A DNA stretch of 64,000 nt from positions 130,696,001-130,760,000 of the forward strand of contig NC_042998.1 of assembly GCF_006345805.1 (NCBI RefSeq). The letters are read 5' to 3'. Below, piece after piece: positions 50,721 to 64,000 of this stretch. The position numbers and the translations under genes are program-made. Position 1 is the stretch's first letter, and each line of letters starts with the position of its first letter. The notes under the pieces were generated by a model. It was not told the origin of the DNA. It saw only the letters and a program-made list of their open reading frames with translations, and made no database searches. This DNA is from Octopus sinensis. Taxonomy: Eukaryota.

Positions 50721-52193
50721 TGTGTTTGTGTGTGTATTCATACACATATAGTTGCCTATATGTCTATATCTCAAATGACACTTAAAGGTCCTCATGATCG
50801 AGGAGCACATTAGTTTATGTACTTCAAAGGACGTTGTTAATAAAAGATGAAATAGACACGGTTGGAAAGCCTTTTATAATAGATTAAATTTTTCACAGCT
50901 AACCTGAAGCTAAACAATTATATAATGCAGAAAATCAAATCATTTTATTCCATTTCCCTCTTTTCACTTATAAAATATACTACATAAGTATCTTCTTAAA
51001 TAGACTACAAGCCTAAATGATATTCAGGTCAGGAAACCTATTTTGATTTCCTTAACAATACCTAAAAAGCATTTGTGTTCTGAGCTACTGCTATAGCTTT
51101 TACATGCCTGACCTGCACACATCCGCATAAAACATATGCAATACTTGCATCGTTACTCTATTTGATAATTTCGAGCATTGCACAAACGATCTTCAAACAT
51201 TGGTAAATAAAAGGGTTAAATCTCAAACGCACTAACTCCTTGTTGCCAATCTTCCGTAGCAATAGCCTAAAGTACATTATATATACTAGCTGTCTAGGCA
51301 AACTCTATACGGTTCATTTACCTAGAAGAAACAATAGCCAACTCTACTTAAATTATATTGAACAAGGAGAAAATCGAACGATACAGTCGCAGACATACAT
51401 GTCTGAAACTGAAACGGGAGGTTGCTGACTGCAACATCTTTGATCGAAAGTGACTGTCGAATTAAGAAAACGTGATATTCCGAGCTTAAACTCTACCACA
51501 CCTCCTACGATAAAAAGCTACGTGTCGGTAATTCTCATCTGTGAGTAACCTGTAATAAATGCAAAAATGCTGTGTTGAGTTTGTTTTACCGTTTGGAACC
51601 CACAGTGAATTAGTAATATCCATTTAGTATGTAATAAGTTACTTCTTTGATTTTGCTGATGTTATCAACATTCTCAGTTCCAACAAATCTATGATGAAAA
51701 GAATTGCAACCGCGACAGTTTCATCCTTAACATTTCACCACCATATTTAATGAATTCTTTTTCTTTCTGTACGTTGTAATTTAAAGGAGATACGCTGCTA
51801 TTTCTAATATTTCGAACGACCATATGAACGTCATCGTTGGCTACGTGATTGTCAAATGCAGTGCGTGTTTTCAAAGCTTTTGTATCCCACTAAATACAGC
51901 TACCTTACATGCCTGCAGTGTGGGCATCTCCTCAAATTTTAGAATATTACAAGGCTGACTGGACAACAAAACATGCGCAATCAAACATAATGTATGTTAT
52001 ATGAAATATGATAAGCTGTTGAATTTCGCAATATGCAATATGTTCCTTAAATACGAAGAGGCAGTTTCTAATTACAGTTTCGATAATTACACGTAAACCT
52101 GGTTTTATCTTCCTAAACTGATTACGGTTTCACAAAAATCATCATTACGCATTTGAGAAATCCGACGAGTAAAGCGAAAAAGAGTCACCAACC

Positions 52194-52490
52194 TTATCCC
52201 TCTCGAGCCATGCCTGGCTCATAAGGGACGGTTTCCCGGTTTCCTTGGCGTATAGGTTCCCCACCTGGACGGGACGCCGGTCCGTCGCAGGTGAGCTGCA
52301 AGATGCAGGAGAAAAGAGTGAGAGAAAGTTGTGGCGAAAGAGTCAGCAGAAGTTCGCCATTACCTTCTGCCGGAGCCGCGTGTTGCTTAGGTGTTTCGCT
52401 CATAAACACACACATCCCCCGGTCTGAGATTCGAAACTGCGATCCCTCGACCGCGTGTCCGCTGCTCTAACCACTAGGTCATGTGCCTCC
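52194..52490 (-). mobile_element. tRNA-derived SINE (type D, tail 2)
   Basis: Head and body match 46757-46935; the 3' ~100 nt are unrelated (...ttatgagccaggcatggctcgagagggataa). Confidence 0.85.
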
Positions 52491-53324
52491 ACCTGTTGCA
52501 CTTCCAACATTGCAACAAATACTCCGCTTAATTTAGCATTACTAGTAACAGTGCCGACAATACCAGCGTCAATAACACCGCCACAATTGCTGCGTACCTC
52601 ATTAACATTTTCCAAACTTATCGCAAATACAAATAACTTAAGTAATATCGGGATATTGCGCGCAGGTATGAGAAGCATTTGGACAATATCAGAAAAACGA
52701 AAAGGAAGAACAAAAGCAATTACTTTCTACCTTCGTCAACACAGTCACAGAACGAATAAAACCAGAGACTCTATTACAGTAATGTTATAGACAACATCGT
52801 TCTATGCCTAAGAACTTTCAGAACACTAGTACTATCTCCAGCTTTCAAGAAACGATGTTAGAATGTCAAACAACTAGAAGTAATGTCCAAGTATTCTCCG
52901 GCAAAGCCACCAAAGCGTAACCTGACATTGAACAAGTGCTACACTTTTAAACTTTAATATTAATTAATTTTACCATACACTGTATTGTGAAGAGCTAATT
53001 ATGTTAATAAGGAATTGATACAAAGTTTCTGTAAATAACGAGTGGTCCTGGGCGGAATGGATTAGCAGCAGAATCTACATGACGGATGTTGAGTAAGAGC
53101 AAAAAAAAAAAAAACGAAAAAAAAATGAATAATCTATCTGGTACATCAAGACTACTATGGCGTTCGATTTTAGTGTTTAGTATATTAGACAAATATACTA
53201 ATATACTGCGGCCATATCCTCGTTGTTTTCTTTCTAAGTTCAAACTCATCCAGTGCTGATTTAGCTTTCCTTGCTTCCGGTGTCGATAAATTTTATTCTA
53301 GACAAGTATCGCAATCCCATCTAT

Positions 53325-54780
53325 TAGTTGTTCCTTTTGCTGTTGCTGTTGTTGTTGTTGTTGTTCTTCTTCTTCTTCTTCTTCTCTATATCTCCTCTCC
53401 TTCCTCTTCCTCCTTCACTTCCTCCTTCCCTCCTGCTAATATTCTACTTCCCCTTCCTTAATTTCCTCCTCCTCCCCCTCATTCACCACCAGCACCTCCC
53501 ACTTCTTCACTTCCTTATTCCTTCTCATTTTCCTCTATTATTCTCTACCATCCATTGCTGGTCACAAATAAAGTTGCGAAGTAAGGGACTCGCATTGTCC
53601 TTTTCATCCACGAAACGGAAGAAAGTGGTGGTAGAGGCTCGCAAGACCTTCTCAGTTCGGATGTTAAAACAACTTTTCAATCAAACAAAAGTAAATAACG
53701 ACGGGACTGCGGATGAACAGAGGGCAAGGCTAGGTGTGCCTCACCACCATTACCAGTGCAGCACTATAAGCATTTGCATCAACTTTACCGCTTTCATTAC
53801 TACTTTCAAACACCAATATTATTGTAACCAGCACCACCGATGCTTTTATAGCAGAACTTCAATAATCAAGACACAGACACAATCATTATTTTCCCCAACT
53901 GAATACATCAGCATTACCACCAACACTATCTTAAACTACTGTCACCACTGTTAATGATAATAGTGCTACCAACACCACCATTATCATTCCTACCTTTAAC
54001 TTTACTAATACCCACACAAATCACTTACAGTAAAAATATTTGCTGCCATAACCTCAGCAAAATCATCCCTAATACGATTTCTGGCGCAATTTATATTGCC
54101 TTTAGCATCAATATTCTTTTCTACTCTAGGCACAAGGCCCGAAATTTTGGGGGAGGGGGCAGTTGATTAGATCGACCGCAGTACGCAACTGGTGCTTAAT
54201 TTATCGACCCCAGGAAGGTTGAAAGGCAAAGTCGACAACGGCGGAATTGGAACTCAAAACGTAATGAGAGACGAAGTACCGCTAACCCTTAGCATCAATA
54301 TTACCGCTATCTTCTTCCTCCTCCTCCTCCTCATCATCATCATCATCTCCATTATGATCATCATCATCATCAGAAGAAGAAGAAGTAGAAGAAGATCAAA
54401 AAGCAGCAACAGCAGTTGGAAAATTGGCAGCAGCAGCATCCTAGTCCATATTAGTACCACCACTGCGAACATCATCATCATCATCACCATCTTCCGTTAA
54501 GTCCATCGACCATCACATCAGCACACACATCACCATCACAACTGTCGTCAGCATCATTATCCTCATCATGACACTCACAGCCACCACCAAAACTACAGCC
54601 CGCACCATCATCATCGTACCTTTCCTCGCCGTCCTCCACTTCTTTTTTCTCCACCTCTCCTTCCTCCTATTGACATTTCCCCACTTCCTTTTCTCTTCCT
54701 TTTTCTCGTCTTCTCGTTTCTCTAAATCCGCTCCCTCCCCGTCCTCTTCATTATTATAGTCATCGTAGTAGTCATTCTAG
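53325..54780. repeat. Low-complexity region (GTT/CTT/CCT/CAT tracts) with an embedded SINE
   Basis: Visible directly. Confidence 0.8.
54116..54288 (-). mobile_element. 5'-truncated SINE (type B) with 14-bp target-site duplication
   Basis: ttagcatcaatatt at 54102-54115 and 54289-54302; body homologous to 32000-32110. Confidence 0.88.
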
Positions 54781-55171
54781 TTACTGACACCAAGAGCCAT
54801 AACAGCAACAACAGTACTACTCTCAATATCTTCATTCTTAAGTAAAACAAGAAAATAAGGATATAGCTATAACAACAGTGACGTTCATCTTGGTCACTGA
54901 TTAGTACAAATGATATTTTGTTGTCATACATCGCGTTGGACATTTCTTTGCTACATTACAATTTGCAGCTACCGTTGCACGGACTTTTATTGCAATACTT
55001 CTATAACAGTTGCTACTGTCTGTGCGGTTGTCATAGCTGCAGTTAATATTTCCCTTCTTGGTCTTGTTTTCTTCCTTTGCTTTGCGTTCCCAGTAGTAAT
55101 TATATTACAAAACTTAAATAGTTACATGGGATAAAAATTGAGATGCAGTTATATATATATATATATTCGCC

Positions 55172-55270
55172 TTGATAGATCGTTAGCCACTACACATTAT
55201 TTATTTCTCTTCTTGTTTGTTGTCTACACCACCTCTCTTCGTCTTTTGTTTTTTTCTGAATTCTCCCTAT
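55172..55270 (+). repeat. Internally deleted copy of the 9660-9840 module
   Basis: Shares gatcgYtagccactaMac and tttgttgtYtaca..tctt..gt..tttt ends; the hammerhead part is absent. Confidence 0.6.
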
Positions 55271-55271
55271 A

Positions 55272-55340
<69 letters not shown>

Positions 55341-55674
55341 CGAATGTTACTTATGAGTAGGAGTACTCAATACATGTAGAGGATAAAATATTTTTTATTA
55401 AAACACAGACAGAGATTTTGTCGCGAAACTCGCGTTTCAGTTTTGCAAGAAAACCATATGGTCTACAAAATGAACTTAGGACTCGTTTCTCATTCGCTTG
55501 ACACTTATGACGTAAAAATAAACGCCATCCTCCAAGGTTTACTACACCCAACGCACCGAAACAAACTGAAAATATGTAGCAACAGATGATCGCAATGGTT
55601 TGAAACACCCATCGCGAAACGAGCGCCCTGGTTGACTTATGATAAAATAAAGCCATAACAATTGTACAATATAT

Positions 55675-55838
55675 ACGCATGGGCGTGAGTGTATAGGAAG
55701 ACATTTGCTTCCCAACCATACAGTTTCGACTTCAGTCCAACTCCATGGCAATTTGGTGATGTGCCGTCTTTTATAGCCTCAGGCCGACAAAAGCCTTCTG
55801 AGTAGATTTGGTAGAGGAAACCGAAAGAAGCCCGTTTT
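55675..55838 (+). mobile_element. Degraded SINE (type A) 5' half ending at the internal microsatellite
   Basis: atagcctcaggccgacaaaagccttctgagtagatttggtagaggaaaccgaaagaagccc matches the reverse complement of 9480-9550, then runs into about 130 bp of (TA)n. Confidence 0.8.
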
Positions 55839-55849
55839 ATATATGTATG

Positions 55850-55974
<125 letters not shown>

Positions 55975-56429
55975 ATAACATTAAATTAGAGATAAAACCA
56001 CTATTAGGCAAATCAAACAGTGAAAATCATAAGCCAATACATAGAAATAAAATTAATTAAAAAATGTATAAAAAATATAAAATATAAAATATAAAAATCC
56101 AATTAAAATATTTAAATTAAAGTTAAAATTTTAAAAAATTATTATTTTATTTAATTATTTAATTTTTTTATTTATATTTTTTATAGCGGTTGTCTAGTGA
56201 GGGTTGCAGACAAGTACAAAGTGTAGGATAAACTATTTTGTCGTGGTATTTTATAGTTGACAACACTAAAGCTTCATTCTTTTTCGAGAAATAATATAGT
56301 TGGTTATTTCTTTGGAATTTATTCGTTGCTTCTCCACAGGAAGTTCTGCCATTCATGTGTAATCGGATGCTATCTATTCTTGTAGTTTGAAGCATTTTTG
56401 TAAAGCTAAGTTTATTCTGGTGTTGTCTG

Positions 56430-57100
56430 CACTGTGACATGATATCACGCCTTATGCTGAGCAAGCAAGCATATTTGTTGCGTAGCATTATTATTTTTTT
56501 CTGCCTTCCGCAGCAGGCATAGCATGGAACATGTGTATCAAGAATAGCCTAGTCTATTACTGACCAATTTATACTTCTATTTTGCAACATTCTTACATCA
56601 ACTTGGAAATTACGTTTCTTCTGTAGAATATTGGAGATTTTTATGAGTTGTATTTATCTGGCTTCATCGTAATCCCGTAACTGATCCAATCACCAATGTA
56701 CTGTATGTGACAAATGTAGTGTATGTTCGGAAAAGTAAAGTGGCATTTTTCATTACTCATTAAGTTATGCCTTGGGAAGATATATGTGGTGAATGCACTT
56801 GAATGAGAGAGAAAATCTTACCAACTGTAAGAGTTAGCAAAGTTAACTCGTCTACGTAAAACCCTTGTTTCTTGAACACATTTTGTTGTTTGAAGGATAT
56901 AACATGGACATCTAATTGATTGTCGTGGTTGCTTGTCTGATATATTTCCATACAACATCCCATCAAGATGACATTACTGCAGCGGAGGGTCTCAGTTATC
57001 GGATGCAGTACACTTAGATTTAGACAATCTTGTGCGATGAGAATTTGCTCTTTTAACAAGGTGTATCATCTAGTGATTGCTATGGTGTGTTACTCAAAGG
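56430..57100 (-). mobile_element. Highly degenerate second Penelope-like remnant (RT C-terminus + GIY-YIG)
   Basis: Patchy motifs VGKIFSLIQVHSP, YIG, WSVI, CSMLC and LLSIRRDIMSQCR, in the same order as the PLE at 6700-7600. Confidence 0.5.
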
Positions 57101-58789
57101 CACACAACAATTTAATTGGAGATTAACAGCAACAAAGTAAAGTTTAGGTTGCTTAAAATTGAAGGATACCCAAAACATACTTAACAACTAGAAATGTACA
57201 AACAACAAATTGGCAAAATATGACGTTCAAATCATGTGTTCCCAGCACGATGCTCTACACCAATGAAATACATGTCCAAACATAACGATGATGCAGTGGC
57301 TGAAGTGAAGATGGAAAGACGAAAGCCCGTTAATTTACAATGCAAAACCTGGTGACATCCTATTACTAATATACGTTCTCCTGACAGACTAAGCATCTAT
57401 ATCCGACGACAGTAAGGTTAAGTCTATATGGTTCGAAACAGGTATAATGTGTGGGTGAGTGTGTAGGCCTGGGCATGTGTATGTGTATCTTTCATTTCAT
57501 GAAATATAGTAAGTGCACATATGTTCCTGATAGTATATTGACTTTTGAAAATACAGAAGAAAAAGATAATCTAGAGAGGAGACGCGTCATAGGCATGTTA
57601 AGAAGCTCTCTACGTATTTACTCAACTTGAAACAAATAGCAACCATATTTCTCTCAAATTAGAGTATATCATCACGTAAAACCAAGGATATATTAACTAA
57701 TGCTATCAAAGGTCCGCTTGATTTGGAATGACCAGGTGTTAAACAATAGCAAAAGCAACGAGTTATTGAGTAGTTTCGACTCCGAGAGCAAATAATTTTA
57801 TTTCGCTTATGCTGGTTAATCTCTTATAAAAGGCATATCTGTAACCCGAATTCCAATTTATTTTCTACATAATAAAATATAATAATATTCGTGTGCCGAG
57901 TCAACAGAATCCAATATTCGGAGATTTCTAGTTGCTTTTATTGCTGTAACCATATATATTCATGTCAATATTGCCAGAATATTGCATTCATGTAACTTGA
58001 CACAAGTGTTATAAAGTCAAAAATCGGAATGTTTGTTACACATATATATTTCTCTAGAAATTTAATTAGAGATGGGAAGTAAATTTAGCTGAAGCTGGAA
58101 TTGATACTGACTCGGTAAATCAGCTCTACACCACTTGACACAACAATTACCGTTTATTTAATTTATATATCAAATTATGTCACTATCGAATTTTATATTT
58201 AACTAACGAGATATCTAATTATATATATGGCTATATGTGATATGTATAAGTGAGAGATTGAAAACAACATTCTTACATACTAACACTAAAAGTATTTATA
58301 AATGATTGTTGTTGCTGTTGATGCCATTGTTACTGTTGCTTAAACTTAGGGTAGTTCTCACTGTGTAGACCTATGACTGTTTTCCATTCGCTGTCATCCT
58401 ATTCTAAAATGACGAAATGGTATATATTGTTGGACATGTTACGATTATTTCTAGCACTTCACTTTGGATTAGAAACGGAGTTATTGATATGAATGACATA
58501 AATTATATGAACACCAGCTAATGAGAGTGCTATTATGTTGTTAATCCTCAAGGAAGAAATAACAGCCAAATGTTCGTAAGAACACACCTTTTCATATTTG
58601 AAATGGAATGACGGAGCTCATGAACAGGATTGAATGAGGCTAAATATCAACAACTATGTACACGTAAATCTTTTTCGGAATTGATTGCTCAGTTTTCATA
58701 ATCTTATACATCCACTTAACATCTGCATTTTCATTACTCACTTAATTATAATATATGAAATTCACATCGGCAATAGAACATGGATGAAT

Positions 58790-59255
58790 GCAAACAGAAT
58801 GTGTGTCTGTATGAGTGTGTTGTGTGTGTGCGTACATGTGCGAGGGTGTGTATGTGTACATACGTGTGTATATGTGTGTTTGCGTGTGTATATGTGTGGG
58901 TGAACGTGAAGATGTGTATCGAGTTTTGTGTGCGCTTTGTTGCGTGTATGCACGTGTGCTTGTATATGTATGTGTGTGGAAGTGCGTGTGTGTATATGTG
59001 CATGAATGTGTGTTGTATGTGTCGGAGATATATGTGCGTTCATGTGTGTGCACGGGTGCGTTTATTTTTACGTGTGTATGTATATATACGTGTGTGTGTG
59101 TATATGTGTGTGTATATAGAATTATAAAAAAAGTTGAAAGGAAATAAAGAAGTTAATACGATATAAAATAGCACAATATATACGCACACACACACATATA
59201 TATGCACACACTACACACACATAAATATATATATGCATGTATATGTATATATATA

Positions 59256-59298
<43 letters not shown>

Positions 59299-59320
59299 CA
59301 TTTACATACATATATATGTT
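58790..59320. repeat. Degenerate (TG)n, (CA)n and (TA)n tracts
   Basis: Visible directly. Confidence 0.9.
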
Positions 59321-62300
59321 GCATCTTTGCGTTGATATGTATAGTACTTGTCCTTGAATCTTTACATGATATCCTTTAACATCTATACATGCGTATGTGA
59401 ATCTGTATTTGGGTATACTTGAACTGTTGCAGATATGTGCACGTACATGAATGTGTAAGCATAATCTACAATTATGTCTCTGGTTTGGAAAAGAAGTAAC
59501 TGACTTTTGATTAAACAGTTAAAGAAATGTATGTTTGATTAATGAATACAGAAATGCAAGTTCGATTATGCAGAAAAGAAAGGCACTTCGGTCGTCTTTT
59601 CCTGATTACAGATTTGAACATTATATAATTTTTGCAGTACGGCTAAAACTCTATGGTATTAAACTCTTTGGTATTAAAAACTCTATGGGTATTAAAAAAC
59701 ATATAATACCCGTAAACCCAAGATACATCCTTATTTATCCCCAAATATAAGGCTGTACACAAAAATTTATATACTTGTATATACCCTCTCTCCGCCGCCA
59801 CCACCGCACCATATGCATACACGCACAGGTGCGCGCACCTATATCATATAGTGCAAAATGTTGTAAAATATATACCAATAGATATCTTACATAGTGAAAA
59901 AAAATTGAAAAAAATAATACATTGGAGTGAAAAAAGCTGTTATGCGTGTGTGTGTGTTTGTGTGTGTTCTTGCGTGCGCGCGTGTATATATGTATTTATA
60001 AATGTATGCTTTTCTTTGTGTGTGTATATATATATATATTATATATATATATATATACACGTGTGTGTATGTGTGTATGTGTGTGTCCTTATTTATATTT
60101 TCGTTGCCGTTGTTTTTTAAGAAATAGTCAGATCAGTCACAAGAACGAACGCTGTCTAGACATTTGCATGCCTCACTAAACCAATGTCTTATATTTCAAC
60201 TTTCGAAAGGGGTGTAACATACCAATTCCGACGTTTTTTGTTTTCCCTACATGTAGAATTCATTCACATAAATCTCATGGGTAAATTGTAAGAAAATATC
60301 TAAGACACTCTATTATATTAATTCGATAATTCTATGAAAATTTATTGCTCATATAATATATCCATGAAAATGTGTTGCATTTTTGTGATATGGAATGAGT
60401 ATGAATTATACAAATAAAAAGTTAAATAATAGATAAATAATGGTTAGCAATAAATATATCCCAATAGTTTATATGTTGCTACATTACGGCCCCAGAATTG
60501 TTTTTTTTTATTAATAACGAAAATGATGACGATTATAAACATTACGCAAAGTAAAACAGAGTATAATTTTGACTCACAATATATTGAAAGACTCTTAGAA
60601 CAGAGTTGAAACTGTTACCTGAAAAGTATTTAGCAACCCGGGACGCCTTTTACATTTCATTCCGCATAATTGACCTCTTTCTCTGGAAATTCTTAACAGC
60701 ATTTAAGAGTGTTATGTGTACACAGATTTCGACTTTCGTTGGGTAGAACATCTCAGCCTAATACGGCATTTAGCTTCAAGTGATACAGGAAATTGATGAA
60801 GGTTTGGTTAAAGATATACTGTTTTGTATTATCTGCGCCATAAATTACCATCAAGGAAAATACTTGTTTTTCCTGTCGAAATGAAAAACAGTGTAACAAT
60901 TTTCGAACTGCACAAGGTTGATAGCTAAATCTAACCAACACTCGACAACAATTTTTCGCATAATTCTAGAAGTATAGAATTCCAAGATACTAAATGATTT
61001 CACGCATGAAATTTAGTCTTTCTTCGTGCATGTACATCATATCCATAGTGTTAAACCAAAACAACAATTCTTCTGATACCACTGTTATACCAGTTCTGTG
61101 GGTTATCTATTATCTCTAGACAGGTTATCTAGAATACAATATTCATTTGCTCTACGATAACACCTACTCTTCCTGAGAACATTGTTGCTCTTTCATATGA
61201 GGAGAATGCAGTCGTTGATGTCCTACTGAATGTATTGCCCAACAGATAACGGTGAATATTTGTGAGAATTGAAGATGAAAGATATCTAAACTTGCTCCGC
61301 ACTTGACCTAGGATTGCATCTGCGTAAAAGAAACATACTGTGTAAACATGCTCACGAATCCCGCCCTTCGTTAGCCTTTTCTTGCGGTGTTTTCTATTTT
61401 CTATTTTTTTTTCCTACAGCATTATCTTTCTTCTCTTTTTACTTTTGATGCCTTAATCCTTGACTGCATCTCTTTCTCAATGCCACTAGATAATGACCTG
61501 GTGAAGATTTCTCGATCTGTTTTGATGTTCTCTCATCTGAACATAGTAGTTTCTCAGTCTTGGCAGTTTCTATCGCTTCCAGTTGCAGTTAGTTTCTTTC
61601 TTTTTAACTTTTCTCTTTCTTCTTGGCAAAAATTATTTAGATATACTATTGAAAAGAATGAAGAGAAATGCCGAATTAATTTATAACATTAGAATATTTT
61701 ATTGTTAAATTTAACATAGGGTGAATACATAAAATGTAAACAAAGATTTAATACCTAATATATATTATTTAGGTACTTAACTTTCGAAATAAACATAGTT
61801 ACTCTCGGAGCCCAAGAGTAAAACTTTACTCATTAAACTTTTTTGGCATGCACTGAATTCACATTACATATTCTAATGGAACATCAGCGTGTGAGTAAAG
61901 CTTTTAACCGTTAAGAAATGATTTATTTGTACACAGTGGATTGCATGGATATTCATTTCACCAAGGGCAATATCCGAAAGGACAGAATTTCAATCTGCAG
62001 ATGTAAATCCTGGCAGCTTACGTTTACAAAATTAGAATCTTAAAAAATATGCCAGTGTTTTAAGCTCAATATCCCCCCTCTCTCTCTTTCTTTCTTTATC
62101 GCACTCGACCAAACTAATCTACTAAAATTTTGCGTGTCATATTTAAATTTATGCTCTAGTAATAGAGCTATATAATTTTCTATCCTTAACTCAATCGCAT
62201 TCGTTATTCTACTATAACACTAACTTAGATTTTGAAACGCTTTGCAGTGTTGTTATTTAATGTGTCTGCTTCCTATTAATTATTACAATTAATGTTCATA

Positions 62301-64000
62301 TCCAAAATTAATATTTCTATGTTCAATAAAACTCTTTTATATATTTCTGCTCAATATATATTTAAACATTATACACCTTTATCTTTTCATTCCAGTATAT
62401 AGTCCCTTCCTTTCTTTCTTATAGATTTTAAACAAATTTCTTCTCTTTTATTTTTCTGCTAATATATTAATTTTCTTTATTAATTATGCTTAACCTTCAT
62501 AACCTATTCAACTATTTCTATATTTTGTATTTTAAACTTTTCGCCATAAGCACCAGAGTGTTTTTCAAATTTTCTACCAAAATACTCTCATGAATATTAA
62601 AAAAAAGTTCTTATATTGTTTTTATATGCTTATAATTTCATAATTTCTTAATTTTAATTTTTCGCCTTTAAATTAAAATTTCATTTCATTTAATTTCTAT
62701 ATTCTTTCTTTTAACTGATTTTTTAAAAATGTATTATATTTTTCAATTCTTTTCAATTATTGACTATTTTAATTAGTTTAATTATCCTATAAGTTAATCA
62801 TTTAATTAATTATTTAGCGTTTTGAGAAGTGAACGTATTTACCCCACTCTTTCATTTTGCACCAACTGTATCACATTAATATTTACTTAATCTTACAAGC
62901 TTATCCAAACTAATTGATATTTCACTTTAAGTGTTTTTTCTTCCTTCCCTTCCATTTAAATCTAACAAAACAATTTACATTTTATTTTCCTACATCGACC
63001 ATAATGTTTCCTATATATTCTTATTTATGTTCTATTACTCTATATCATCCCTATATTTTTCTACCAAATGTTAGAAACTTTTGAATTAAACGTTTTAAAA
63101 TTTTTATCTATTTTATAATAAATAACATATAAATGTATGTGTGTGTGTGTGTTTGAGCATGTGTGTGCCCCCGCATGTTATTGATTGTTTTATGCCAAGT
63201 TATTTATAAAATAAAATTAAAATTATACTGTACCTGCCTTCGTCAGTCTGAGCTTTACTTGGTGTTTATATTTTACATAGTTTATGGTAAGTTCTGTTTT
63301 AGGGTGAGGCGGAGCTTGTTGGAGCATAAATGGTGCAGGTAGACAGGGAAAGATATTATGTAGGATGACGGAATATAGAAGGCTAAGAGGAGCCTATGTG
63401 ATTGTACGGTGAAAGTTGACAGAAAGTTATTGTAAAGAGATTTTAACGAAAGTGATAAGGGAATTTCGTTAGAGCTTATGGTTCACTCAAGCATAGAAAT
63501 AGCTGATGTGCAAATTTAAGGTTTGTAAAAATTTAGAACACAGCATTGTTTCTGTAGAAACTTGTTTTGTTCTTGTACTTTAGTGTTCACAAAAGAGTGC
63601 TTGCAGATCAATGCGTTGGTCACACAATATATCACAATGAATTGGAATTGTTATTAACGGTAATAGATTTATATTAAGACATTTCAAACTGATGGTTTTG
63701 TGAAAGAGAGTTGTAGGAAGGATATTTTGCTGTAAATAGTCTGTTCCTAGTCGTCTTGAAGTATACTAACTTATGTTTATGTTACATTTTTGTATGGAAG
63801 TGCACACATGTACTTTCATGATAATATTAATACATCTAGATGAACACATACGGGAGATGCATTTTTCTTATGTATATCCTTCTGAATGTAGATATACATG
63901 CATAAGCAATACATACAGAAATAATACCTAAATATAGCAGTACATAAGAATATCAACCCACAGATGAATAAAACCTCTTGCCCCTATATATATATATATA

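Noticed and set aside
56040-56190. A-rich then T-rich imperfect hairpin
   Set aside because: Low-complexity A/T sequence in which complementarity is expected by chance.
62200-63120. Very AT-rich, T-skewed block
   Set aside because: No periodicity, termini or ORF found; probably a decayed repeat.

Overview
AT-rich eukaryotic DNA with no recognisable host protein-coding gene, rRNA, true tRNA or CRISPR array. The SINE types, LINE mix and extreme microsatellite density suggest a cephalopod (Octopus-like) intron or gene desert; this is inference. The window is mostly transposon remains. These are Penelope-like elements (RT, GIY-YIG, minimal hammerhead modules), two Tx1/L1-clade ORF2 fragments, an ORF1-only 'half-LINE', two R4/Dong elements in (TAA)n tracts, a CR1/L2-group 3' end, an RTE with an inverted 5' part, a Chapaev3-like remnant, several MITEs and at least four tRNA-derived SINE types. 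Almost all other ORFs in the supplied track are microsatellite artefacts. The most notable items are the RTE twin-priming-type inversion (47.5-50 kb), the ORF1-only element (4.2-5.7 kb), the hammerhead pair (9.7-10.0 kb), the SINE/LINE shared tail, a near-perfect foldback palindrome (36.6-36.9 kb) and an unassigned ~250-bp-TIR element (41-42 kb). Family names come from motif recognition by eye; no database search was run.
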